Source: a virus (lineage: Duplodnaviria > Caudoviricetes). From it: a stretch of DNA of 60,896 nucleotides. The first letter of the stretch is position 1. Each line of letters starts with the position of its first letter. This document shows, in pieces, positions 37,867 to 46,312 of this stretch. The notes below the pieces were generated by a model. That model was not told the origin of the DNA, did no database searches, and worked only from the letters and a program-made list of their open reading frames with translations. Position numbers and translations under genes: made by a program. The stretch spans positions 1 to 60,896 of the IMG/VR virus record IMGVR_UViG_3300022723_000068; one strand, written 5' to 3'.

Positions 37867-38460
37867 CTAGCTGTTGATCTCCTCGTTCAGTTCGTAGGCC
37901 GCGATGATGTCGTCCATCGGCCACTCGTTGATCACTTCACAGTCTTGCCCGACGTGCTTCTTAAGCGCTTCTTCGATGTCGGCGGTTGGGCGGCCGCGAA
38001 AGGCCGGCTGCGACTTCTTGTAGAGAACGATCTTCGACGTCGCCGACACGACTACGACGAAGTTGTTGCGCAGATCCTTCTTGATGTCGCGCTCGATAAG
38101 CCACCGAGTGACGAGATCGCTAACGACCGCTTCGAAGACCTGCGTCGCAGTCATAGAGTGCGTCTTGAACCAGTCGCCGGCGTACGGCCATTCGTGCTTC
38201 TCTTCGCGGTCGACTTCGTCGAAGCTGCGTACAGCGTTGGGGTTGACCCGCTTGGCGACGTTGAAGACCTGATCCATGAAGTCTGCACGACTAACATCCT
38301 TCTTGACTGGGTAGAGATTATCGCAGCCGCCGTGACCTTCGTTGGAGGCGATCGCGAAGCGCTCGCCGTCGACGTAGACGGTGGCCTGGAAGCAGTGCGT
38401 CTCCTGCGACGCGTGCGCTGCGTATTTGACGTTCTTGATCTCAATCCTAGGTTCTGACAT
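37867..38460 (-). CDS. Early hypothetical protein (SQET.CF.A.VYVDG..NEGHGG family)
   Basis: RBS AAAGGAGAA; has its own promoter. Confidence 0.75.
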   Translation of the reverse strand: MSEPRIEIKNVKYAAHASQETHCFQATVYVDGERFAIASNEGHGGCDNLYPVKKDVSRADFMDQVFNVAKRVNPNAVRSFDEVDREEKHEWPYAGDWFKTHSMTATQVFEAVVSDLVTRWLIERDIKKDLRNNFVVVVSATSKIVLYKKSQPAFRGRPTADIEEALKKHVGQDCEVINEWPMDDIIAAYELNEEINS

Positions 38461-38506
38461 GTTCGTTCTCCTTTTCTACTGGTCGGACCACCCGACCAGT
38501 GAGACT

Positions 38507-38535
38507 ATTTTCTCATGCAGTCGCGCAAATGTAAA
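38507..38535 (-). promoter_or_regulatory. Promoter TTTACA-N17-GAAAAT (leftward)
   Basis: Divergent pair 1; extended TG. Confidence 0.7.
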
Positions 38536-38574
38536 CAACTATTTTACGCAGAAACTGGTTAATAGTTTCATGAG

Positions 38575-38594
38575 AAACTAAAATTATTTGCGTT
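38575..38594. repeat. 20-bp inverted repeat, left copy AAACTAAAATTATTTGCGTT
   Basis: Exact reverse complement at 40426-40445. Confidence 0.85.
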
Positions 38595-38611
38595 ATTCCT
38601 ATCTATAGGGG

Positions 38612-38640
38612 TTTACATCCACTCACGTTCTTGAGAAAAT
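38612..38640 (+). promoter_or_regulatory. Promoter TTTACA-N17-GAAAAT (rightward)
   Basis: Divergent pair 1; extended TG. Confidence 0.7.
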
Positions 38641-38687
38641 ATCTACATGCTCGGGGAGAACCGGGCACCAAGAAATGGAGAACGAAA

Positions 38688-39332
38688 ATGCTTTCAATGT
38701 CAGAAATCGCAAGCGCCTCCGCCGCCAAAAATGAATACGCGGACTGCACCGTTTGCGCCATTGCTGCGGCGACTGGGGTTCACTACGACGAAGCTCACGA
38801 AGCCATGCGTCGCCAAGGTCGGAAAAATCGCAGAGGCTCTTCCGTCTGGGCGATGGAGCGGGCCTGCAGATCTTTGGGATTTGAGATGGTCAAAGTCGCC
38901 AACACCTTCGGCGCCACCATCCGTACCGCTCAACGTCGGCTGCCTCGCGGTCGCAAATTTATTCTTAATGTTAGAGGGCACGTGGCGGGCTGGGATGGCC
39001 GGCAGCTGCTAGATTGGGCAGACGGTCGTCTACACCGCATTGTCGATGTCTACGAAGTCGTCAGCCAAGACGACACGAACAACAACAAGTTCTTCGTCAA
39101 GATAGTGACGGCGAAGAAAGACCACGCTTTCCGACAGATGGCCAGATACAACCTGGTCACCCCGCCGGCCCGTGTCCATCGTGAGAAGTGGGCGCGTGAG
39201 AACGCCGCCACTATCTGCACCGACGGTACGATGGGCGTAATCGAGCTCAAGGGGGACGCCGCCGTCGCCTACCGCAAGGAGACCGGCGAACGCGGCCGCG
39301 TCTTCATGATCTTTGGATACAAGAGAGGATGA
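38688..39332 (+). CDS. Early protein with papain-like (C39-type) Cys/His motifs
   Basis: DCTVCAIAAATG..GHVAGWDG; RBS GGAG before ATG 38688. Confidence 0.6.
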   Translation: MLSMSEIASASAAKNEYADCTVCAIAAATGVHYDEAHEAMRRQGRKNRRGSSVWAMERACRSLGFEMVKVANTFGATIRTAQRRLPRGRKFILNVRGHVAGWDGRQLLDWADGRLHRIVDVYEVVSQDDTNNNKFFVKIVTAKKDHAFRQMARYNLVTPPARVHREKWARENAATICTDGTMGVIELKGDAAVAYRKETGERGRVFMIFGYKRG

Positions 39333-39333
39333 T

Positions 39334-39534
39334 ATGAACAACGGCATAGTGACAATTGACAGAGAACGTTGCTACAACCGCCGCCCTATGGGCGGCGGAG
39401 CCGCGTGGAACCGGCTATACACCGTGACAGTTCCGGGAGAGCCACGTCCGTTTGTTGGAACTGGAGTGGGCTGGGCGCGTTACATAGCGAAAAGAAAAGG
39501 CGGCGGCCGTCGCGTGGTGGAGACGTGGAGATGA
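39334..39534 (+). CDS. Hypothetical protein
   Basis: RBS GAGG; coupled to its neighbours. Confidence 0.55.
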   Translation: MNNGIVTIDRERCYNRRPMGGGAAWNRLYTVTVPGEPRPFVGTGVGWARYIAKRKGGGRRVVETWR

Positions 39535-39827
39535 GCACATCCTATTGGATCAAAGAAATGGACCACCAGTACGATCGCGACAACCTGGAAGAGGCCGTCC
39601 AGTCGGTCGGCGGTCGGCTGCAGGACTACAGCGAGCCGCCGTCGAACGTAGCGGCGAGACTCGACGACGACTTCGTCCACCTCTACTTCGTAAAGGGGCT
39701 GCTCGCCTCGTTCGACGTCTACGGGCGCAACGACCCTGAGTGGTTCATCGAGCTACTAGAGCTTGGCGGACTCAGCGTCATCAGCGAGCACGACGACGAG
39801 TTCGAAGCGTTTCTCCGCAACTCATAG
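39531..39827 (+). CDS. Hypothetical acidic protein
   Basis: ATGA overlap; YGRNDP..SEHD. Confidence 0.6.
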   Translation: MSTSYWIKEMDHQYDRDNLEEAVQSVGGRLQDYSEPPSNVAARLDDDFVHLYFVKGLLASFDVYGRNDPEWFIELLELGGLSVISEHDDEFEAFLRNS

Positions 39828-39861
39828 GTCTGTCTGGATCGACTAGCAAAGCCGGCCAGAT

Positions 39862-39894
39862 AAAAAGAAAGGCCCGCTAGCGCGGGCCTTTTTT
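39862..39894. terminator. Bidirectional intrinsic terminator
   Basis: AAAGGCCCGC-TAGC-GCGGGCCTTTTTT between convergent genes. Confidence 0.8.
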
Positions 39895-40059
39895 ATTCCT
39901 CCAAGCTCGATGGAGCATCTCCAGTTTGGCGATCGCCTCGTCGACCTCGTCCTCCTGGATCGCCTGTCTCACGAAGTCGGCGTCGAGTATCTGCCGCTTC
40001 GCTCCCTGGTCGTCTGTGCGCTTCTTGAGCGCGTCTCCGAAATTAAGTATCTTGGCCAT
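39877..40059 (-). CDS. Hypothetical protein
   Basis: 60 aa starting MAKILNF. Confidence 0.5.
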   Translation of the reverse strand: MAKILNFGDALKKRTDDQGAKRQILDADFVRQAIQEDEVDEAIAKLEMLHRAWRNKKGPR

Positions 40060-40120
40060 GTCCGTATGATGATATCAGAGCCCAAAACGGGGAGGGCTCT
40101 CACCCTCCCCTCGCCACTCC

Positions 40121-40324
40121 TCAAGTGACTGTGACCCACTTCATCGCGGTCCGTAGGAGGTTGTCGTAGTCCGAAGATTTCGCCTCGTCCAGAAATTTCT
40201 GGCACTCCTCCACCGAGACCTCCGCTTCGCGAAGAGCGCGGTTTACCGCGCCTATGATCGCGAAGGCGTTGCCGTCCTCACCTGTGAGTTGGACAACGAC
40301 TTCGGGGTACTTGGGTTCTGACAT
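40121..40324 (-). CDS. Conserved small phage protein (GEDGNAFAIIG..DYDNLL)
   Basis: Recognisable motif; RBS AAAGGAGAA. Confidence 0.8.
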   Translation of the reverse strand: MSEPKYPEVVVQLTGEDGNAFAIIGAVNRALREAEVSVEECQKFLDEAKSSDYDNLLRTAMKWVTVT

Positions 40325-40364
40325 CAGTTCTCCTTTTCTGCGCGGGGACGTCCCCCACGAGAGA

Positions 40365-40393
40365 ATTGTCTCAGATGCGCGATCAAATGTAAA
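40365..40393 (-). promoter_or_regulatory. Promoter TTTACA-N17-GACAAT (leftward)
   Basis: Divergent pair 2. Confidence 0.7.
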
Positions 40394-40425
40394 CAACTTC
40401 GCGCAATAAAAAACCCCGCCGAAGC

Positions 40426-40445
40426 AACGCAAATAATTTTAGTTT
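40426..40445. repeat. 20-bp inverted repeat, right copy
   Basis: AACGCAAATAATTTTAGTTT. Confidence 0.85.
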
Positions 40446-40497
40446 TATCTGTAACTAACACCTCGTCTGAAGCTGAGAAAAAAACACGCAAATAGGG

Positions 40498-40525
40498 TTT
40501 ACATTCTCACGCGGTCTGATACTAT
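40498..40525 (+). promoter_or_regulatory. Promoter TTTACA-N16-TACTAT (rightward)
   Basis: Divergent pair 2. Confidence 0.65.
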
Positions 40526-40571
40526 AGATTCATGCTCGGGGAGTCCCGAGCCTAGAAAAGGAGAATGAAAA

Positions 40572-40799
40572 ATGCTCACCGTGAAAATACCCGACCCCGA
40601 GTACGTGTCCGGCAAGTCTGAGATCGAGATCTATGGTAAGACGATCAAGGAGGTGCATACTAACCTTCTGCATCTCTGCCTGATCGAGACCGGCTATTCG
40701 CCCAGCGAGATCGGCTCACGCTACAACGTCTACGAGGACGGCGAGTGCATCGGTGTCTTGACGTGGAACGGTAAGTTCGAAGAGGGTTCAGAGGTCTAA
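40572..40799 (+). CDS. Early hypothetical protein
   Basis: RBS AAAGGAGAA; C-terminal WNGK. Confidence 0.65.
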   Translation: MLTVKIPDPEYVSGKSEIEIYGKTIKEVHTNLLHLCLIETGYSPSEIGSRYNVYEDGECIGVLTWNGKFEEGSEV

Positions 40800-41336
40800 C
40801 AGCCCGTTGTAGAAGTCGATCGCGAAGTCTACGCACGAGAGGTCTACACAGGCTTCTCGTGCGTTCTTTATTCTGTCGGCGGCGTCTATTAAACTCTCGT
40901 TCTTGGAAGATGTCATCCTCACGCGATCGATACTGAGAAAACTCTCGAGCGCCTTCTCGATGCGTCTATTCGCCCAGAATCCTACAGGTAGAAACAACGC
41001 CTTTTCCAACTTAGGCGCGTGGTGCATGAGCTCCATCCACCCTGCGGCGCAACCCTCGGCCGACATCCCCTTGCCTAGCTGACTTAAGAGAACGTCTCTC
41101 GGGTGGCGGACTGGTACGACAACGCGTCTCTGATAGAAGTTCTCGATCATCTTCCAGGGATGCGGACTCTGCCGCCTCGTCCCGTAGATCGTATGGAGTT
41201 GGCCGATGGCTCCGACGTCTCCTCGGATGTCCTCCATCACGGATCTCGGAGAAGAGACTCTGGCGTGCGCCGCGATAGTACGGGTCACATACATCGTCCC
41301 CGAGCCCGGGACCGAGTAGACTATGCACGACTTCAT
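40788..41336 (-). CDS. Sulfotransferase-like (P-loop) protein
   Basis: 5'-PSB-like SVPGSGT and 3'-PB-like VRHPRDVLLS motifs. Confidence 0.6.
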   Translation of the reverse strand: MKSCIVYSVPGSGTMYVTRTIAAHARVSSPRSVMEDIRGDVGAIGQLHTIYGTRRQSPHPWKMIENFYQRRVVVPVRHPRDVLLSQLGKGMSAEGCAAGWMELMHHAPKLEKALFLPVGFWANRRIEKALESFLSIDRVRMTSSKNESLIDAADRIKNAREACVDLSCVDFAIDFYNGLLDL

Positions 41337-43729
41337 CAGAAAGGTATCCCTGCGTTGGGTTCGTCGTCTTCATCTTCCGTAGCCGACCAGTTCTGTCGTC
41401 CGTACTTCTTGTCGAAGGCTTGTCTGCATTGCTCTAGGGTTGGGAAGATGTAGTGCGGCAGACGAGTCTTTGTCTCGATCTGATAGCCGTCCTCCGTGAT
41501 CGACCTTCTCGCCGCCATGAGCCGTCTACTCCTCGGCCAGTCTCCGCCAAGTTCCTTGTTGAGGAACATCCCGAGGATGGTCTCGGCGGCGCGTCTTCCG
41601 TGACCCACATCCCTCGAATGATTGACGTAGTCTTCATAGAGGTCTGCCTTCACGACCTTACCCGCCCAGGAGGTCTCGCCCGAGAGAAGCGCGCCCGCCT
41701 GCAGTCGCCCATACCACCATGAGGCTTCTGGTGAAAGACTCATGATCTTCTGCTCGCGAAGCGCCTGGGTCTGCGGAAAGGAGCGCACGTTGAAGCCCGA
41801 CAGGTCTCTGATCATGAGATGATGGAGTAGGGCCTCGTAGCCACCGTTCCGTAGCTGGTCGATGATCGCCTTGAAGTATCGGCTGTCCTGCTTGTGTTTT
41901 TCGTCCACGTCGAGCACGAAGTAGCGTCTCTCGTCGGCGCCCGCCGGCACGACCCACTCGTGGTTGGAGGCCATGATGATGTGCGTGTAGTTGGGGCTCA
42001 TCTCCACGTCTACGCCCTTGGCCTCGATCGCCAGCGTCTCCTCCGTCACCAAGGTCTTGAGTACGGATTCGTGCTTCTTGTCGCCGGCGTAGAAGGCCTC
42101 ATCGGCGAAGAGCACGGCGGCGTCGCGAAGATGCGCGTTGAAATTGCCTATGAGATGGCTCGAGTTGGAGATGTGTAGGAAATGGCGACCGAAGAGATAG
42201 CCAAAGGTCTTGGCGAATACACCCTTGCCCGTGCCCTGTCCGCCTCGAAGAACGATGGCGATCTGACCGGCGCTCGCCGGCTTCTGGACGGTCCTCGCCA
42301 TCCAGTTGACCAGATACCCGTAGTGCTCCTCGTCGCCTGAGCAGACGTTTTCGCGTACATGGTCGAGGAAGAGATCGCAGTCTCCCGGTCTGGCCTCGCA
42401 CCTGAACCCGCGCCACATGTTGTAGTGGGAGCCGGACTCGCCGCCGGGGTTGAAGATGATAGTGTGGTACTGCCTTCGAGCCGAGTGCTCGATCCACCAC
42501 TTGCCGGCCTGCATGAACTTCGGATTGCCGTTGCCGTCCTGCCCTATCTTCACTCGCCTGTTGCAGAATCGCTCCTTAAAAGCGGAGAAGGACATCTTAG
42601 AGAGCCTCGGGCGCCCGTAGGCCGCGTCGTCCAGCTCCTCTATAACCTTGGGCATGCCGCCGAAGTTCTCGATGACGGCGAACCTGTCGTTGAACTCCTG
42701 GAGCACAGGGTCGACAGCCTTCTCCTTGGCCTTCTTGATCTGCGATATCGCGTACTTCTCTGCGTTCGATTTATTGTCGAGCACGGATTCAGAGATCAGA
42801 AAGTCAGGGTCTGTGATTATCGAGTAGATGATCTCGTCGGGGACGCCGCAGCGTACCAGGTTGCAGACGACGTCCCAGAGCCACGCGCTTCTAGAGTTGT
42901 CCGTCTGTTTGGGGTTGAGCTCGTCCTTGCCCTGGACGATCACGACGCGGACCCTCTCCGGCACGTCCCACTCTTCGAGATCGTCAACTGAGTCGAGTCT
43001 CGCTACGTTACCAGACACCTCGACGCGCACAGCTTCGGGCGCCGTGCCTGCGGTATGTACAGACGGTATCTGCACGGCCTGCGCCTTAGTGAAGCTGTCC
43101 TCAAGAGCGTAGACGGTCTCGTTCTCCTCGACTAGGGCGGCCAGCTGTTCCACGCGCCCCTTATTGCGCTTCTTCTCGTCAGGGATGTTGATCGTCCCCG
43201 GCAGACGCATGATGCGGTCTATGTTGTGGCAGTTGTCGGCGCCGAACAGACGCTCGAGCTGGATGTTCCAGAGCTTGGCGTCCTCGGCCTTCTCGAGATC
43301 GCCATCTATACTGATCGGCTCCTCAAGTCGCCAGTGCGCCTGGTAGCCTCCGCCTGAGAAGACGACGAAGGTCGGCTTCGGCACGCCCGCCGGCAGCTTG
43401 GTCGTGACCAGTTCAAGCGCACGCTTCTGTTCTTCTTCTAAATCCTCTCCTGCTCGAGGGTCGACGTCGACGTGCAGATACCACACGCGTCTGACGTCGA
43501 TGCGCTCCATCTTCTTCGTGACCGGTCTTATAGGCTCGGCCTCTGAGAAGTAGATGTTGCGCTTCCCGTTCCATTTATCGATCCACTCGGTGAGTGGTTC
43601 GATCTGTTCGAGCGTGAATGTCTTTGTCTCGATGCCCTTCTTGCTGGGGTCTATCGAGGTAAGCACCCACGGCCCCTTCGGATAGAATTTCAGAAGAAAT
43701 TCTACCGCGGCGGCGGTATCCCCCTTCAC
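41336..43729 (-). CDS. Primase-helicase (RepB-like primase plus D5/SF3-like helicase)
   Basis: DVD, FSGGGYQAHW and RIMRLPG motifs; Walker A GGQGTGKG; FADE; ERRY. Confidence 0.88.
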   Translation of the reverse strand: MKGDTAAAVEFLLKFYPKGPWVLTSIDPSKKGIETKTFTLEQIEPLTEWIDKWNGKRNIYFSEAEPIRPVTKKMERIDVRRVWYLHVDVDPRAGEDLEEEQKRALELVTTKLPAGVPKPTFVVFSGGGYQAHWRLEEPISIDGDLEKAEDAKLWNIQLERLFGADNCHNIDRIMRLPGTINIPDEKKRNKGRVEQLAALVEENETVYALEDSFTKAQAVQIPSVHTAGTAPEAVRVEVSGNVARLDSVDDLEEWDVPERVRVVIVQGKDELNPKQTDNSRSAWLWDVVCNLVRCGVPDEIIYSIITDPDFLISESVLDNKSNAEKYAISQIKKAKEKAVDPVLQEFNDRFAVIENFGGMPKVIEELDDAAYGRPRLSKMSFSAFKERFCNRRVKIGQDGNGNPKFMQAGKWWIEHSARRQYHTIIFNPGGESGSHYNMWRGFRCEARPGDCDLFLDHVRENVCSGDEEHYGYLVNWMARTVQKPASAGQIAIVLRGGQGTGKGVFAKTFGYLFGRHFLHISNSSHLIGNFNAHLRDAAVLFADEAFYAGDKKHESVLKTLVTEETLAIEAKGVDVEMSPNYTHIIMASNHEWVVPAGADERRYFVLDVDEKHKQDSRYFKAIIDQLRNGGYEALLHHLMIRDLSGFNVRSFPQTQALREQKIMSLSPEASWWYGRLQAGALLSGETSWAGKVVKADLYEDYVNHSRDVGHGRRAAETILGMFLNKELGGDWPRSRRLMAARRSITEDGYQIETKTRLPHYIFPTLEQCRQAFDKKYGRQNWSATEDEDDEPNAGIPF

Positions 43730-43732
43730 AGG

Positions 43733-44056
43733 TTACTCCTGGTCAGCCCAGAAGTCGACTAGTCTTTGCGGCGAGGCGGACCCTCCCTCCATCTTGTTGA
43801 CCCAGATCCTGCTGACCCCAAGCTCTTCGGCGAGATCTTCCTGCGTCCAGCCTCTGCGTCTACGCTTGAGAATAAACTGCTCCAGAAGACCAGGCTTCAG
43901 ATTCGAGCTTACGTGCCTAGCTGGGATTTCGGTCTGCCCCGCTTCGTATGTCTGGTACTCCCAGCGCTTCATCTCTAGACGCGTCGCCATCTGCGCCTGT
44001 GTTAGACCCATTCGGCGGCGTTGAAGGTAAAGGTGCTCAGCCCTTGTGATACGCAT
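43733..44056 (-). CDS. Tandem XRE-HTH DNA-binding protein
   Basis: Two RRR.G.TQ..(M/L)A..L..E.G units. Confidence 0.8.
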   Translation of the reverse strand: MRITRAEHLYLQRRRMGLTQAQMATRLEMKRWEYQTYEAGQTEIPARHVSSNLKPGLLEQFILKRRRRGWTQEDLAEELGVSRIWVNKMEGGSASPQRLVDFWADQE

Positions 44057-44442
44057 TTCACTAACTCCTCGTCTTTTAGTCCGTTCGTAAATACTAGCTC
44101 TGCTGCGTCGAACAGCTCCTTGGCGGTCGCCTTATTGAATACCATCGCCGCTACGGCTCCGTCGAACAGCAACCATTGTTCGCGGACCTGTAGCAGCATC
44201 CAGCAGTCGCCGTCTACTCTTCTTCTCTTCACGGCGAAGACTCTTTGCTGCGGTGTGTAGTGATCGATCCTAACGACCGTGTCTTGTCTCGCCGGCCACC
44301 GTCTCAGCCACTTAAGCTCTATCCAACCGTCTGCGTAGTTTATGTCGGGCGTGCCTGGTCCAACGGAGTTTTCTACGGCCACTGCGTGAAGAGGCCGAAG
44401 GGCTTTGACTACCCTCGGCCTCATTGTATCGATCTCAGACAT
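44002..44442 (-). CDS. PD-(D/E)xK nuclease / Holliday junction resolvase
   Basis: VEN..GTPD..WIELK..Q. Confidence 0.8.
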   Translation of the reverse strand: MSEIDTMRPRVVKALRPLHAVAVENSVGPGTPDINYADGWIELKWLRRWPARQDTVVRIDHYTPQQRVFAVKRRRVDGDCWMLLQVREQWLLFDGAVAAMVFNKATAKELFDAAELVFTNGLKDEELVKCVSQGLSTFTFNAAEWV

Positions 44443-45475
44443 TGTAAACCTCTATGTCGTCTCTGTATACATGGACCTCTCTCGGGTCCAGGGTAGCGGG
44501 CTCCCAGGCCCTCTCGATCGCTCTTCTAGCCATGTCACCCATGTACTCGGCGACGGGTGGAAGAACGCCTCTGGCGATCTGGTTGTATCTCTTGCCCGTC
44601 GTGCCGTAGAACCTGTAGCCTTTGGGGAATCCAGACAGGGCGGCCGCCTCACCTACCGACAAGAACCTGTCCTCCTCCGGATGGAGAGTCTTGCAGTCGC
44701 CGGTGAACGTCTGGCAGACAGCGTCCGGGTCCGCCCGACGAAGAAGAAAGCTCCCCCGTCCGCATCTAGGGTGCCCGATCAGCTCAGGGTATTCACGGTC
44801 GAAAGCTTTTCTCACGTACTCGCCCGGCGCCACCTTGTCGACGATCTTGCCCCAGTTAAGATGTGACGGGATGGCGGTCTGGCTAGGATCTGGGTCTTTG
44901 TACAGCGAGCCCAGGACGTCCCCCACCATGGCGGAAGGGCTCTTGGTCGGCTGCCAAGAGATCTCGTATTGAGAGAACACCAGAAAGAAACGCCTACGCG
45001 ATTGAGGAAGACCGTGCTCGGGTCCGTCAGTCAACACGAAGTAGGCGCAGTAGCCCATTGTCTGGGCCTCCATGACGAACTCCATCACGAGACTCTTGCC
45101 CTTGTTGTAGAGACCGCGGACGGACTCTAGCATCCACACGCCCGGCTCGAGCTTACGCAACAGATCAAAACATTCGTGCTGACAGGACAGCCTGGGGTCG
45201 GCGTCCCAGCTATTGGCTCTCCCGGACGACGCCTGCGACCAGGGGGCGCACGGCGGGTTGCAGTAGACGAGATCGATCGGGTATTGATCCTGCGTAAAAC
45301 TCTCTACCGGCCACGGCTTCTGGTGCACGATGACGCCGAGGTTCTTCTCGCTGGTCTCCACACCGAAAGGCCCATCTTCGAAGTGTACACCACACTCGAA
45401 GTGTTCTCCGATACCTAGCGTGAACCCGCCGGCGTAGACGTGAGCTCCTAACGCTCTCAACTTTTGTCTAACCAT
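44435..45475 (-). CDS. C5-cytosine DNA methyltransferase homologue with degenerate SAM-binding motifs
   Basis: Motifs IV NPPC, VI ESV, VIII PQSRRR and IX R.LS..EAA.L.GFP present; motif I reads HVYAGG and motif X reads IARGV. Confidence 0.8.
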   Translation of the reverse strand: MVRQKLRALGAHVYAGGFTLGIGEHFECGVHFEDGPFGVETSEKNLGVIVHQKPWPVESFTQDQYPIDLVYCNPPCAPWSQASSGRANSWDADPRLSCQHECFDLLRKLEPGVWMLESVRGLYNKGKSLVMEFVMEAQTMGYCAYFVLTDGPEHGLPQSRRRFFLVFSQYEISWQPTKSPSAMVGDVLGSLYKDPDPSQTAIPSHLNWGKIVDKVAPGEYVRKAFDREYPELIGHPRCGRGSFLLRRADPDAVCQTFTGDCKTLHPEEDRFLSVGEAAALSGFPKGYRFYGTTGKRYNQIARGVLPPVAEYMGDMARRAIERAWEPATLDPREVHVYRDDIEVYNV

Positions 45476-45914
45476 GTTGGCCTACCTCCTCATACGCGAC
45501 CCCGACCTCTTCGAAGAACATCAAGGCTCGCTCAAACTCCTCGCCCCAGCGCTTGACGAGATCCTCGCTCGGCTTGGGGCACACGACCCTCGCCACGCCC
45601 GCCTGGATCACCATCTTGGCGCACTCGGCACAGGGTGGGATCGTGACGTACAGAGTGTAGCCAACGACGGGTTCGGGCGCAGTAAGAATGGCGTTGAGCT
45701 CGGCGTGCAGCGTCCTCTCATACTTGAGATCTCGATCTTGATAGAGCCAAGGAAGATCCTGAAACCCCTGCGGGAATCCGTTGTAGCCTGTTGAGCAGAT
45801 AGTGTTGTTCTGTCTCGCGACCACGGCGCCTACCTTTGTGCTGGGGTCTCTCGACCAATCGGCGATATGCTCGGCGAGCGCCAAGAAACGCTCGTCCCAC
45901 TTCTCACTCTCCAT
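45468..45914 (-). CDS. dCMP deaminase
   Basis: S.DPSTKVGA, GYNGFP, HAELNA and PCAEC motifs. Confidence 0.92.
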   Translation of the reverse strand: MESEKWDERFLALAEHIADWSRDPSTKVGAVVARQNNTICSTGYNGFPQGFQDLPWLYQDRDLKYERTLHAELNAILTAPEPVVGYTLYVTIPPCAECAKMVIQAGVARVVCPKPSEDLVKRWGEEFERALMFFEEVGVAYEEVGQHG

Positions 45915-46107
45915 GGTGGCTCTCCTTTACTATATGAAACTTCACGACCTTCGACCAAGGGAACCGGCCGGCGGTGGTGATGCAGAATTTACGATTCTTC
46001 TCTTCGAATCTGGTTACGTGGGCTGTGCCGTCTTTCAGAACGACGCGGACCCTCTTACCAGGTCTGCAGCTGTGGTGTCTGGGTCCCTTAGCTAAGGCCA
46101 CTGCCAC
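45904..46107 (-). CDS. Hypothetical basic protein
   Basis: 67 aa overlapping both neighbours. Confidence 0.55.
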   Translation of the reverse strand: MAVALAKGPRHHSCRPGKRVRVVLKDGTAHVTRFEEKNRKFCITTAGRFPWSKVVKFHIVKESHHGE

Positions 46108-46312
46108 CCTCCATGAACCGTCTCCATAGCGGCTCGAACTTGTCGAAGAGATCTTGCGCCCCGCAGGTACACTTCCACGGACGCTTCGACTTGGCCATGC
46201 TCGTGGCCGGACAGTCGCATTGGTGCACGGCCTCAGGGTGCGCGATATACGGTACGCCGGTCGTGTTCAAAAGATCTCGCATGCGATCCAATTCTTCGTC
46301 CGTCACCCACAC
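46088..46312 (-). CDS. Hypothetical protein with H-x-CDC..CTCG motif
   Basis: 74 aa after polA. Confidence 0.5.
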   Translation of the reverse strand: MWVTDEELDRMRDLLNTTGVPYIAHPEAVHQCDCPATSMAKSKRPWKCTCGAQDLFDKFEPLWRRFMEGGSGLS

